Below the pieces are notes generated by a model. That model saw only the letters and a list, made by a program, of their open reading frames with translations. It ran no database searches and was not told where the DNA came from. DNA of 64,000 nucleotides, taken from Octopus bimaculoides (taxonomy: Eukaryota). How positions within the stretch are numbered: position 1 is the stretch's first letter; each line of letters begins with the position of its first letter. Both the position numbers and the translations under genes were made by a program. The stretch covers positions 40,604,342 to 40,668,341 of the forward strand of contig NC_068993.1 of NCBI RefSeq assembly GCF_001194135.2, in the 5' to 3' direction. Shown one piece after another: positions 11,383-23,643 of the stretch.

Positions 11383-11890
11383 GGTGGTGAGCTGGCAGAA
11401 TCGCTAGCATGCTAGACAAAATGCTTAATGGTATTTCTCCTGTCGCTCCATTCTGAGTTCAAATTTCGCCAAGGTTAACTTTGCCTTTCATCCTTTCAGG
11501 GGTCGATAAAATAAGTACCAGTTGAACACTGGGGTCGATGTAATCGACTCATCCTCACCTCCAAACTTGCTGCCTTGTGGCAAAATTTGAAACCATTATT
11601 ATTATTATCATTATTATTATTATTATCATTATTATTATTATTATTATCATTATTATTATTACGATTAAGGCAGTGAGCTGGCACAATTGTTAACATGCTG
11701 GGAAAACTGCTTAGCTGCATTTTGTCTGTCTTCTCGTTATGAGTTCAAATTCTGTCAAGGTTGACTTTGCCTTTCATCATTTCGGGCTTGATAAAATAGG
11801 TACCAGTTGAGCACTGGGGGGGGGTCGACGTAATCGACTTAACTCCTCCCCTAAAATTGCAGGCTTTGTGCCAAAATTTGAAATCATTTT
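11205..11890 (+). mobile_element. Three head-to-tail SINE family B copies separated by (ATT)n
   Basis: TTCTGAGTTCAAATT and GACTTTGCCTTTCATCC recur at ~11205, ~11450 and ~11740; (ATT)n at 11350-11380 and 11596-11660. Confidence 0.9.
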
Positions 11891-12429
11891 TTATAATAAT
11901 AATGATGATGATTTCAAATTATTATCATTCAGTGGTCTTATTTCTATTGTATACTTTAACTGCTCTACCGAGCACAGCTCTGTGTGCCTTTGGTATGTGC
12001 TGTGGTTTGTTGTGTTGTTATTTTTACTGTATTGAAAGTGCTCTGCATAGGATGTGTGCAATGCTTGGCAGCGCTATCAGCTGTGTGTCCAGAAACTTCA
12101 AATACAAATTGATGTAGGCTAGAAGGGATTATTAACCCAGCTCACTTTGGTCAACCATTCTTGTGCTGGGGACACAATAAAACTCACCAAGTAAACTTTG
12201 TAAAGTATTTGGTGCCGGTCTTAGACACCAGACCAAAAATGGAACACATAGGTGAAATGTGGACTTTTCAAGCTACATTGCAGGCTGTCCAGCTAGGAGA
12301 ATATGGACTTGGTGTAGTTCTTGATGGTGACCAGAAAATTGAACTTAATTTAATGATGCTGTTGGCAATGATGATGATGGTCATTTCATCGTCTTTTAAG
12401 CGCATCGATTTACTATACATTTGGCATCT

Positions 12430-12684
12430 TCATCACCACCACCATCATTTTAATGTCTCCTTTTCCATGATGCAAGTTTCCTATATCTGGATGCCCTTTT
12501 TGTCCCTAACCCTCACCTGTTTCCAAGGGAGGTAATGTTTCCTAATGACCAGATATGTTTCCAGAGAAGATTGGAAATGAAGGGCGTTGCCTGTGTGATG
12601 GTGCCACTTGCTTACAACTATCATGCAATTTCAAGACAAGGAAGCACAAACACACACACTTGCATGCACTTGCACAAGCATACT

Positions 12685-12730
<46 letters not shown>

Positions 12731-12880
12731 TATATATGTACATTTATCTGACTCGTTTCTTATAGCTTCCATCTACCAAATCCACTCACAAGTTTTTAGT
12801 CAGCTTGGGCTATATACTAAAAGACACTTGCCCAAGCTGTCACCCAGTGGAATTGAACTTGAAACCATGTGGTTTCCTAG
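12430..12880 (-). mobile_element. SINE family A' (family-A tRNA head, (CA)n, RTE-type tail)
   Basis: Head CCATCTACCAAATCCACTCACAAG...GACACTTGCCCAAG at 12770-12875; tail TGGATGCCC...CCCTCACCTGTTTCCAAG and CATCAT at ~12430-12530. Confidence 0.7.
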
Positions 12881-13015
12881 CCTATTAGTAATAAATGATA
12901 TTTTGGCTTTGTCAGTAGACAAAATTAGTTTATAATGGCAACTTAGCCACCTTTATATTCAAGAAATCTCTATTCTGAATGTACCGTAGTAGATCACAAA
13001 TCTCCTATGGTACCT

Positions 13016-13235
13016 TTAACCTTTTAGCATTCAGTTTATTCTGTTGAATGTGATACATATTCATTCACATTGATTTGAGTTAATCATGTATTATCTTGCA
13101 GCTTCGAGATTTCAATGATGTGATTGTTTATTTTTAGTATGGCATTGTGGGTTAGGTGTAAGAGACCAGATCTGGCCTGTTTGAGCATTAAACAAGCAGA
13201 ATATTTTGGCCAGATCTGAAATGCTGAAGGATTAA
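13016..13235. mobile_element. piggyBac-like MITE
   Basis: TTAA at 13016-19 and 13232-35 flanking imperfect TIRs CCTTTTAGCATT / AATGCTGAAGGA; non-coding interior. Confidence 0.65.
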
Positions 13236-14140
13236 GGCAAGCACTTACTGGAAATTTAATTTGATAAAGGTTTATTTTGGTTTGTTTGTCTCCAGTAAAA
13301 TATTAGTAAATACCTTATTTTCTGGCATACAAGTTGAATTTCTGCAGCTAAAATTTACTGACAAAAAAAAGAAGGTTGACTTATACACCAAGATGACTTT
13401 AGTGAGCCAAAAACTCCATGTAAAACACACCAAAATTCAGAAAGTGACAATATTTGTTTGTTTTCAGTACATACTACATCAACTTCCATGCTGGAAAATC
13501 CTGTATATTTTTGTGTATCATCACATTTTAGACATTTTAGCATAATTGTAAATTATTGCAAATTATCAATGGTTCTTTTCTTGTTATTTCGTTTTGTCTT
13601 TATCCTTCTCTTTGAGTTTTGGAAGTTAAAAATCTTTACTAATAAGACAATGCTAGCTGCGATCAGCTTATTCATATTTATTCTTTGAGTAAGTTTTGAT
13701 GTTGACCTTAAACGTACATCATCTAGTCATTGAATTACTACTGTTGCTCTGGTTCCATTCTTGTACCGTTTTCCATTTTTTTGTATTGTTGTTTTTTATT
13801 TTTGTTTTTATGTGTATCTGTATCTACATTTTGTTTTTGGCTTTATTGCAATATACTCTCTTTGTCACTTTCTCTTTCATTTATATTTGCATTTCTACGT
13901 CTTTTTACTTTTGTCATTATCCTTTTGGCTTAAGCACACTTGTGCGGCTTGCTTCTTAATCCTGAGCTTCAGGGGATAACAGATAAGAGTTTAGAGAGAA
14001 GCTATACGATATACACGTCTTAAAAACGGGCACACTTATCTATACAAACATGTACGTACATACATACACACACACGCAAACAGACACACATGCAAACACA
14101 TTCATACATACTCATAAATATATCCGCACACCCCTGCATG

Positions 14141-14194
<54 letters not shown>

Positions 14195-15004
14195 ATACTT
14201 CCACACACATATATCTATACACACAACCACCCTCACACACACATATATATATATATATATAATCACAAACACATATACATATCCACACATACATGCATAC
14301 AGTCATGCATATGATCATTACTTATCTTCTCGTTTTATCCACATTCTTGTCTCAATTGTATGCTTTGCATTAGCTCTTCCTCTTCTTCTTTTTCTTCTTC
14401 TTCTTCTTTTTCTTCTTCTTCTTCTTCAGCCCTTCACATTCATACTGAGGCAATAAATAATAAACACAGACATCAATTAGTGCTAAAGCTGCTTACTCTG
14501 TTCTGTTTCGGTTAAAACCATTAAAACTTTACCATTATTTTTTTTTTTTTTTCTGCATGGAAGCAGCAGAGTGTATGATGATGATGCAGTTACTTTGATA
14601 TCGAGTTATTCTGTTAAGTTGTGACACAATAACTGCTGTGATAATCAAAAGGAGATTTCCTTTGACTCTGAATTTATGTAGAATTCCACTGATTTACACT
14701 GCAGAGCAGCAACATGTATATACCTTTACAGAGTTAACACTTTCACCCAACAAACAACCTTATTACTATTATTATTTTAATCATCGTCATCATTATTTTT
14801 ATTATCTTAATTTTCATCATCATCATCATTGTCATTATCATCATTATTTTTGATTTGATTCAGGTTTGTTCATATTCCTTGTAGAATTTACGTGGGTAGC
14901 AAGTTTCAAACTCTAACCTTATATATCCACAAGCTAAAGTGCTTAAAGCCCTCCTGATAATCTTTCTGGTCCCAACACTAGGCAAAGCTTAGCAACATTT
15001 CATT

Positions 15005-15152
15005 CACCTTCATGTTCTAAGTTGAAATTCTGTTGAGGTCAATTTTGCCTTTTATCCTTTCGGGGTTGATAAAATAAGTACCAACTGGACACTGGGGTCA
15101 GTGTAATCGACTTAACCCCTTCCTCAAGATTGCTGGCTTTGTACCAAAATTT
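15005..15152 (+). mobile_element. SINE family B (5'-truncated)
   Basis: TTTGCCTTTTATCCTTTCGGGGTTGATAAAATAAGTACC...TTGTACCAAAATTTGA. Confidence 0.8.
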
Positions 15153-15538
15153 GAGGTCTTTCCTGTCCCTAAGAGGAAAAGTTTCTGTAAAAGCTCTACA
15201 GGACATTCAGTTTGAATCTCCTTCAACCATTAGTCTATATTATTATTATTTTTATTATTATTACTATTATTATTATTATTATGGCTGCCATACTGTAAAG
15301 TCATGGAAATTTGAAGCTCTGTAAGTTGAAATAATGTTTGTAATCTTTTCAGCCTTCTAAAGCCCCATATTTTCATTTTATTGTTAGCATTGCATTTCTG
15401 AGAGTGTCTGGACTGCACAGATAATATTTTTGTGTAGAAACACCCCCTGTTTTGCAGGGGGTGCACATCAATATTTTCTTGAATCTTAACAACTTTTGGA
15501 AAAAATAATATTTTGCTGTTTCCATTATTCAGTTAAAG

Positions 15539-16950
15539 ATGGCTGATAAAGAAGTCGTCATAGAGTTGACAAAGGAATGCATTCCTAGTCGGAGAAAAAT
15601 GAGAACAAAAATATAAAATGGCCTAAACTTAATGACTTCACCAAGGCGAATATTGTTCTGTCGCTAAGCAATGTCAAAACATTCAGTGATGACAATGACA
15701 ACAAGAACAACAGCAACAACAGTAGCAGTGACCACCACCACAACAATGATACTGACAAAGTGAAATTTAGAAACATGAATATCACCACTTCCACTGCCTC
15801 CACAACCACCTCTACTGCGAAGCAAGTTTCTTTTGTGATTGCAGCAAGAAATTTGGAGAATTTCTCCTAGAGATGAAGACAATCTAAAAATGGCCAGCAA
15901 AATTGTAAAAAGGAATGTGAGAAGGGTAGCTCTAAACCCTCCATCCGATATGATAGAAAATATCTTAAGACGCATGGTCAAATACTGCTGTATCGGAGTT
16001 AAGTCACGCCAGGTGGAAAATGCTCCTGAAATCAAATTTTAAAAATGCCATGGGCACGTGTGGGATCAAAAGCCCCACAGCACCTGAGGAAAGAAACTTG
16101 GAACTATTGAGTTGAGATTTGGGATGGAAGAAGAAGCAAGGTGTCATCCCGCAATCACTTTGAGGAATGAAAATTTCATCTTAATCCCCAGCTATCATGG
16201 CCAATGCCTTGCCAAGGTCAGTGTGTTGAATGTGCCACCCAAAATATCCATCACCTGGTTAGTGGCGGCTGTCTCAGCAGGTTAAGAAGATGAAATGACA
16301 ATATTGGAGGTCAAGAAAATACCTAAGCAAAACTGGTCAGGTATAGGTATGGAACTGACCTTACAATGCAAGCAAGACCATATCAACCAGCTACCTGATC
16401 TAATTGATCTCCCAAATGGTACTCACCTGTCAGTGTTAGTGGAGGGCAGGAAGCCAAGATGCCACATATGTGGATCTGTAAGTCACTTAAAGCTTTTCTG
16501 CCCTGTAACAAGAAAAAACTAAACTCTTACTGCTATCAACACTACAAATTCCACAAATGCAAGATCATGACCAAGTGCTCAAGACTCCCACACCCATGCA
16601 CTCACCTGCTCCCAAACCAAGACAAAGAAAGAGTCTACTCATGGTTGCCATGGTAAAGCAAGCTTCTCCTGAATGCTCTGCTTCCAAAACCAATATCAAC
16701 TGCAATGACACGGAGAAAGAAGAGCTGAATGGTCAATGGCTCACAGTGACAAAAGAGGGTAGGTGAAAGAGGAGGAGAGTACAAAGCCCTACTCCAAGAA
16801 CTCAACAAAAGGATATACAGAAACAACAACTGCAGCACAATTCACAACCGCTCCGACAAGAACAAGAACTTCAAAAACAGCAACATCATCAACAGCATGA
16901 AATCACAGAAACACAGAAACAACCAATGACTGAACTTTTAAAATAAGAAT
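15539..16950 (+). pseudogene. Retroelement ORF1/Gag-like relic with one CCHC zinc knuckle
   Basis: ATG 15539 (MADKEVVIELTKE); in-frame block PSYHGQCLAKVSVLNVPPKISITWL...*...LSVLVEGRKPRCHICGSVSHLKLFCP (C-X2-C-X4-H-X4-C at 16460-16501); S/T/P/K-rich tail; stops and frameshifts. Confidence 0.7.
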
Positions 16951-18801
16951 ATTCATCAGACTGTAGACGAAATGTATCCATCAGTTTCACTATTGTGAAC
17001 AAGTGCAACAGTGAATTGATGTATTTTGTAAGTCAAAACAAAAACTAAATGGACAGAAGGAAAAGAATTTGAGAATTTCATCCTCAAAACGCTGAATATC
17101 AGATTTTTAATTGAAACATCATCAGACATTTATAAAACTATAAAAGAAAAATTCCCATGTGGGGATTTTTTAAAAATCAGTTGTTAAAAGGCTGTTGGAA
17201 GGGCCTTTAAAAAAATGTTTGCTAATAGAGAAGCCTTCTGCGTGTTACTGGTTAGTGCAAGGCCTGAAGAGTGGACTTATGTCCACATAGGTGATGAGAG
17301 GAGGCGGAATGGTGAGTTGAATGAAAAGACCTTTCCTTGAAGAACAGATAAGGGTTAATGACAGCAGGAATATCCAGTTGTAAGATGTGGTATCAATAAT
17401 GTGTGTTCATCTAATACATGCTTACATGATAAAACAGATATAGAATGAATAAATGAATGAATTCTGTTAGTGGAAATGGGATGGGGAAACCCACACACAC
17501 ATAAAAATATATGTGCACATAAACAGAGAGAGAGAGAGAAGCAGATAGATAGGAGAGAGAAAAAGATTTTATATCTAATTTTGATATTTTTTCATGTTAG
17601 GTATTTTATTAATATTTTCACATTCATTTCTTCTTGCGTTGATTTTGTGGATTGTTTACTTTTTTCTGGAGCAGTTGTTTCTTCATTTGGAAGTTTTTTT
17701 TTCCAGGTTCTTCCTCTCATTAACCCTATAAAATCTTGTGATAGGGTGAGGAACTTAGGACAAGAGCTGACTGACTGAAAGCAGCAGACTTAGTTAGAAC
17801 AAGAGCCGTCTTTTAAAATTTCAAAATTTGATCTTCTGATCATGTGGTCAGTAGTATCCCAGCACTTCCACACCACAGCTTCTTCTATCCTTTTCAATTG
17901 GCAGATTCCAAAGTTTGTTGTCCTCTCTATCATCCAGCATATTATCAAGTCCTTCTGCTCTAATGTGCAAGTTTTATATGAACTTAATCTTTAATGTAAC
18001 TTATTTCATTGTAAACTTTCACCTCACTCATATCCCTCTCTCTCTCCTCTTTCTTACACTGGAATTCCTTCCTCTTCCACATGTGACCATTACTAGCCTC
18101 ATTCTCAGTCTAACTTCTCTGTTGTTAATGTGCATTCCCTTTCTCTCTCTTCCTCGTTCTGTCTATCTCTTGCTGCCTCTAGTCTCTCTCTCTCTCTCTA
18201 CAATTTTAAGGAACAACAAACATGCTTTGCATTAATTAGAAGTAAAATGCCCAAGTTCAATTAAGTCTGTAGATTCAGTACGGCCCCTGCCACCAGCCAC
18301 CTCCGGTGCTTTTCTCTAAATGTGATTGTCTGGCAATGTTATTACTGTAGTTTTGGTCTGTCTTTCACCAGACTGATATTTAATGGCAATACATTATCAT
18401 CTCTTGTCATTTGATAAAGTTTGTTTTAAAACTTCCTCTCTGCAAACAGGAAATTGTGGATTGCCATCTTTTTTTCTTATCCACTGCATCTGCAAATGGT
18501 GCTGAGTGAACAATGCATTCCATTTGATACGGTTCATTGATCAAAATGCCGTCTCCTGCGATCATGGCTCCGTCTGTAAATGGATTTTGGTTTGAAAGAA
18601 CAGAAAAACCACTTGTCCTCTTTCTGTATGTGTGCGTTCGTGCAGATGGATGTGTGCATATTTGTGTCTGTATGTGTTCAGGTGTGCCTGTGCGTTTGTA
18701 TTTATGTCTATGTACCTGTGTGACTATGTATGTGTTTACAGAGATATTTGCAAGTGCATGTATGTATATGTGTATGTGAGATGTATGCATGTGTGTATAA
18801 T

Positions 18802-18834
<33 letters not shown>

Positions 18835-19109
18835 GATATATTTTATATGTGTGTATATATGTATGTATCAGTCTATGTCTTATGTATATATTTGTGTGTT
18901 TTTGTACTGTTTTCATGTTTGATTTCCTCTTTTTCTAATGGTGCATATAGCTGAGAAAGAGAGGAGGAGGAGGAGGAAAAGAGAGAGAGAGAAAAAAGAG
19001 AGTTAGCAGAGGAAGGGTGGGTTCAGGTGTTACTATGTGACATTACATTTGTCACTGGTAGCATGTTTAATCAGTATTCTGCTAATGTCCATGTTAACCA
19101 CTGTGAATG

Positions 19110-19320
19110 CCTAAAGCTACTATAGTGGTGGTGGTAGTGGTGAGAGTAGTAGTAGTAGTGGTGGTGGCAGTGGTAATAATAGTATTCAGAGTAGTGGAGG
19201 TGGTGGTGGTAATATTATTGGTGGTGGTTGTAGTAGTAGTGGTGGTGGTGGTGAAAGTGGTAGTGGTAGTAGTAGTCATTGTCATTGTTGTTAGCACAGT
19301 TGTAGTAGTCACCCACCTGA
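19110..19320. repeat. (GTG/GTA)n trinucleotide low-complexity tract
   Basis: Direct reading; source of the poly-T/poly-V ORFs. Confidence 0.9.
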
Positions 19321-19713
19321 AGTAGATACTTTCTTCACACATTATGCACACTCATCACTGTCACACTTGTTTATTCCATCCATTATAGTCACTCAATTGT
19401 TTCATAGTAAGCACGATAATGGTTTTGTTTGTTTGCGTCTGTCTATGTACATATGTGTGTTTGTGTATGAGTGTGTGTGTTTCCTTTCTTTTTTTTGTCT
19501 CCTCTCATAAGCTGGTTTGGGAGTTTCAAGGTCTGTGGCTGCATAAAACAGTCTTAATTGAGCTAAAGTGAGAGCATCTATGTGGTCCTTCAATGTGCTA
19601 GAAATAACTGCCAATTTCCTTTGTGTCAATTCTGCTTTATTGTCATACAGAAAATGAAAAACACATTGGAGAATTTAGTTTTGGATCAGAGATTCTGGAA
19701 CTTTTCCTTTTTA

Positions 19714-19850
19714 GGGTACCCCTTCATTATGTCCAGCAGTGTTGGAGTACCCCCTCGTTATGTTATGCAGTATTGGGTACCTCCTTCATCATGTTTGGTA
19801 ATGTTGGTGTACCCTTTCATCATATCTGGCAGTATTGGGCTGCCCCTTGT
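19714..19850. repeat. ~31-bp degenerate minisatellite, ~4.5 copies
   Basis: GTAC at 19716, 19747, 19777, 19809, each within GTACCCC..CATxATGT...CAGTxTTGG. Confidence 0.75.
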
Positions 19851-19969
19851 GAAGAATACATTGTAAAATGGTTGGATATTAAAAGCTGATACCTTACTAT
19901 GGGTACAATAAAATGGACAATATTTATTCTGTTTATTAATCATTATGTTATATATGCAGTTATCATATT

Positions 19970-20170
19970 AAGGCAGGAAACTGGTAGAACCATTACTGTG
20001 TCAGTGAAAGTATTGTACTTCTTCTGCTTTTTATGTCCTAAGTTCAGATCCTGCCAAAGATAAATTTGTCTTTCATCCACTTGGTGGTCAGTAAAATAAG
20101 TGCCAGTTGAGCACTTAAATTAACTTACCCCTCCTTTTAAAGTTGCTGGTCCTACTCCGCAGTCAGAAAA
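19970..20170 (+). mobile_element. SINE family B (diverged)
   Basis: AAGGCAGGAAACTGGTAGAA...GTCTTTCATCC...AAAATAAGTGCCAGTTGAGCAC. Confidence 0.65.
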
Positions 20171-20431
20171 AATTACTATATTTGAAATTGGTAACTTTTG
20201 GGCAACATATTTGTTAAAGATTTTCACTATGTACTAAGTGTGAAGGTACACTACTGCAAAGCAGTTGGATGTGGTTACTTCAAAAAGTGATTAAATTAAA
20301 ATTTTCTGTTAAAATTTCAAAGTAATTTAGATTTCCAAAAATCAGCTTAATAATGACAAATTATTTTACTACATTCTTCATCATTTTCAAAATTGATTGA
20401 AATAAAGGGGGTGTATTTTAATAGAAATCAT

Positions 20432-21130
20432 CATCATTTAACATTCATTGTCCATACTGGCATGAGTTAGACTGTGTAACAAAAGCTGGCAAGCCAGGGG
20501 GTGGACTGCACCAAACCCCAGTCTGATTTGGCATGGTTTCAATGGCTGGATGACCTTCCTAAAACAAGCCACTTGACAGAGTGTGCTGAATGCTATTATG
20601 TAGCACCACACAAGGGTGCTTTTACATGGCACTGCACAGGTGCTTTTCCGTGTCACTGCATGACCACTTTTACATATCTCTGCCTAGGTGCTTGAAGCAC
20701 AACACAGACACTTTTACGTGGCACCACCATAGCTGCTTTAGACAACCAGAAGGATCGGTCTTATCACTTCTAGTGCGAGGTATGGGTCTTCTTGTGTATG
20801 GGTAGGCCCCAGGAATATGGTAACAAAAGAGTTATACTATATACTACATTGACTTGCTTGCTGGAAAACAGTATCTTAAACACACTTATCAGTTAATGTG
20901 AAATTACCATCATTTTTAATTATACCCTTATTGGCGTCACAAATCATTTATTCATTCATTCATCATTATCACTATTTAATGTCTGTTTTCCATGCTGGTA
21001 TGGGTTGGATGGTTTGGCTGGAGCTGATGTACCAAACTCCAGTGTCTGTTTTGGTATGGTCTCTACAGCTGAATGCCCTTCCTAATGCCTACCACATTAC
21101 AGAGGGTTTTTTACATGGCACCAGCACAAG
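20432..21130 (-). mobile_element. Two RTE-type 3' UTR/tail copies (20432-20800, 20960-21130)
   Basis: CATCATCATTTAA..CCATxCTGGxATG; GGCTGGATGACCTTCCTAA / CAGCTGAATGCCCTTCCTAATGCC. Confidence 0.7.
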
Positions 21131-22049
21131 TGAGGTCTCTGATAAGCTTGCAAAACAAAACCCTTCAACTGAGGGAGTGTATTATTCAGAGAGATAGTCT
21201 TAGGCCAAGTGATGAGAGGTTAAGGTATGAAAGTACATCTTAAAAGCCTAATTTAATATCAGTTTTGTTGTAAGTATTTTCTTTTTTAAAATCCATTTAG
21301 CTTTGGTTTTTAGAATGTTAATAGTTTTAGCAAAACTGCAGCTAGAGATACCTATCCATAGTGGAGCAATACATATAAACACATATTGAAATTATATGCC
21401 GCATGCCTACACATCTGTACTGTGGAAACATTCTTTTGGCAGCTAAAAGAATGGAGTTGGGGCAAACTTATTTTAATAACAACATGAATAATAATGATAT
21501 CAACAACAACAACAACTACAGCAACATCAATTATAGCAGGTCCCAATTGTTGGGATATTAAATGATATGTGTAAACAAAGGCAAGCCTACAAGATGAGGC
21601 TAATTATGAGTTATTCATACAAAAGGCTGCAGCCCTCCCACCCGCACCTACCACCGTCTCTAATTTAATTCATTCATGTTTGTTTTTAGCTGATGAGTTT
21701 GGTTCTTTAAGGAGTGTGTTAATGCAGCTCTGTCACTACAAGAGTTGGCACTTACATAACACAGACAAACAGACTACCTGGACAGAAAGAAAGAGAAAAG
21801 AATTAGAAAATCGTCTCTCAGACTTTTGATTATAATGAGTGTTTTGGCATCGTTTCTTCGCTCGTGTCAGTATTCTTTAGAAATATACTTTTATAGTTTA
21901 TTCAGTTTTTCTATAATTTATTTTATAATTTTACATTTTTTATGTTATTTTTGATATTAAGTCTCTCTTCTGTTCCTTCTCTCTTTCTTTCTCACATGTG
22001 CTTTTTCATTACCTCTTTTTCCTCATATATTGTTTTTTCGTACATTCTC

Positions 22050-22106
<57 letters not shown>

Positions 22107-22239
22107 CATACATACATACATCTGTGTGTGTGTATGTCTAGATGCAGGCATGGTGGTTGATAAGTTTGCTTGCAATCACATGCATTTGGGTTCAAACCCA
22201 CTGCATGGTATCTTGGGCAAGTATCTTGTAGTATTGGTT

Positions 22240-22450
22240 TCAAATTTTTGCACAATACCTGTAATTTCATGGGAGGGAGTAAATTGATTACATCAATCCC
22301 ACTGCTCAACTGGTACTTATCTTACTGACCCTGGAAGGATGGAAGGCACACTTGACCCCGGTGGAATTTGAACTCAGAATGTACAGTTGGAAGAACTACA
22401 GTGAAACATTTTTGCTGGTGTAGTAACAATTCTGACAGCTCGATGCCTTA
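22240..22450 (-). mobile_element. SINE family B
   Basis: CTCAACTGGTACTTA...GAAGGATGGAAGGCA...GGAATTTGAACTCAGAA. Confidence 0.75.
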
Positions 22451-22594
22451 AAGTATCTTGTAATATTGCCTCAGTTTGACCGATGCCTTGTAACTGAGAC
22501 TTGCTTCATGGAAACTGTACAGAAGGTCTCCATCTATGTACTATGTATATTTTTCTGTCTGCCTGCTTGCTTCTGTCTGTCTGTCTGTTTCTCT

Positions 22595-22637
<43 letters not shown>

Positions 22638-22871
22638 NNNNNNNNNNNNNNNNNNNNNNNNNNNNNNNNNNNNNNNNNNNNNNNNNNNNNNNNNNNNNNN
22701 NNNNNNNNNNNNNNNNNNNNNNNNNNNNNNNNNNNNNNNNNNNNNNNNNNNNNNNNNNNNNNNNNNNNNNNNNNNNNNNNNNNNNNNNNNNNNNNNNNNN
22801 NNNNNNNNNNNNNNNNNNNNNNNNNNNNNNNNNNNNNNNNNNNNNNNNNNNNNNNNNNNNNNNNNNNNNNN

Positions 22872-23210
22872 ATGAGAGGAGACAGGATTAGCTGGTGCGA
22901 CCACGTGAGCGTGTATTATATGTGGGAGAATATACAAATAATAACAACAGACGAGGACAGGTGGTGTAAATAACAAAAGTATATATTAGTATGACGCTCG
23001 GGAATACGGAAAGTCTTTGACGTTTCGAGCTACGCTCTTCAACAGAAAGAATACGGAGACAAGGAGAGACGGTAGGTGAAGGAAAGTAAGGTAAAAAAAG
23101 GATGATAAAGGAGGTTCACAAAAGTGGAAAAGTTCAAAAGTTTTTTAGACGTCGTGGTATATTGAAGCGATTTCCAATCAGAAGATGGGTCCAGTGTAAT
23201 CCGTATATAT
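22872..23210 (-). mobile_element. Penelope-like element relic (pseudo-LTR type sequence)
   Basis: CpG-rich segment containing GACGTTTCG...CTCTTCAACAG, the antisense of a PLE-type hammerhead core; no RT or GIY-YIG coding seen. Confidence 0.55.
23014..23050 (-). ncRNA. Minimal type I hammerhead ribozyme-like motif
   Basis: - strand UCUUU-CUGUUGA-A-GAGC-GUA-GCUC-GAAAC-GUC-AAAGA: 5-bp stem I, 4-bp stem II, GAAA, GUC triplet; core has U where CUGAUGA has A. Confidence 0.6.
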
Positions 23211-23400
23211 ATGGAGGGGGTGGGGAGATGCAATGGTAGTAGCAGTACTTGACTGGTACTATGTTTATTAAGAAATGAAAGACAAAGTTGACCCAGGTGA
23301 GATTTGAACACAGACTGTAGAGGACTGTGATAAAATACTGCAAAGCACTCTGCCCGGTGCTCTAATGACTCTGCAAATTTTCCAGCCGACATATCCAATA
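23210..23400 (-). mobile_element. SINE family B (diverged)
   Basis: GACTGGTACT...AAATGAAAGACAAAGTTGAC...GAGATTTGAACACAG. Confidence 0.65.
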
Positions 23401-23521
23401 GGACTAAGATAGCATTAATATTGTTGTTGTATAAAGTAGTTAATTAATTGCTAATGTTATATTTATATTATATGAGAGAGTGCTTGAGGCTAGTATATAT
23501 ATATATATATATATATATGTG

Positions 23522-23582
<61 letters not shown>

Positions 23583-23593
23583 ATACGTATATA

Positions 23594-23643
<50 letters not shown>

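Noticed and set aside
19094-19351. Poly-Thr / poly-Val ORFs resembling a mucin
   Set aside because: Trinucleotide repeat without coding context.
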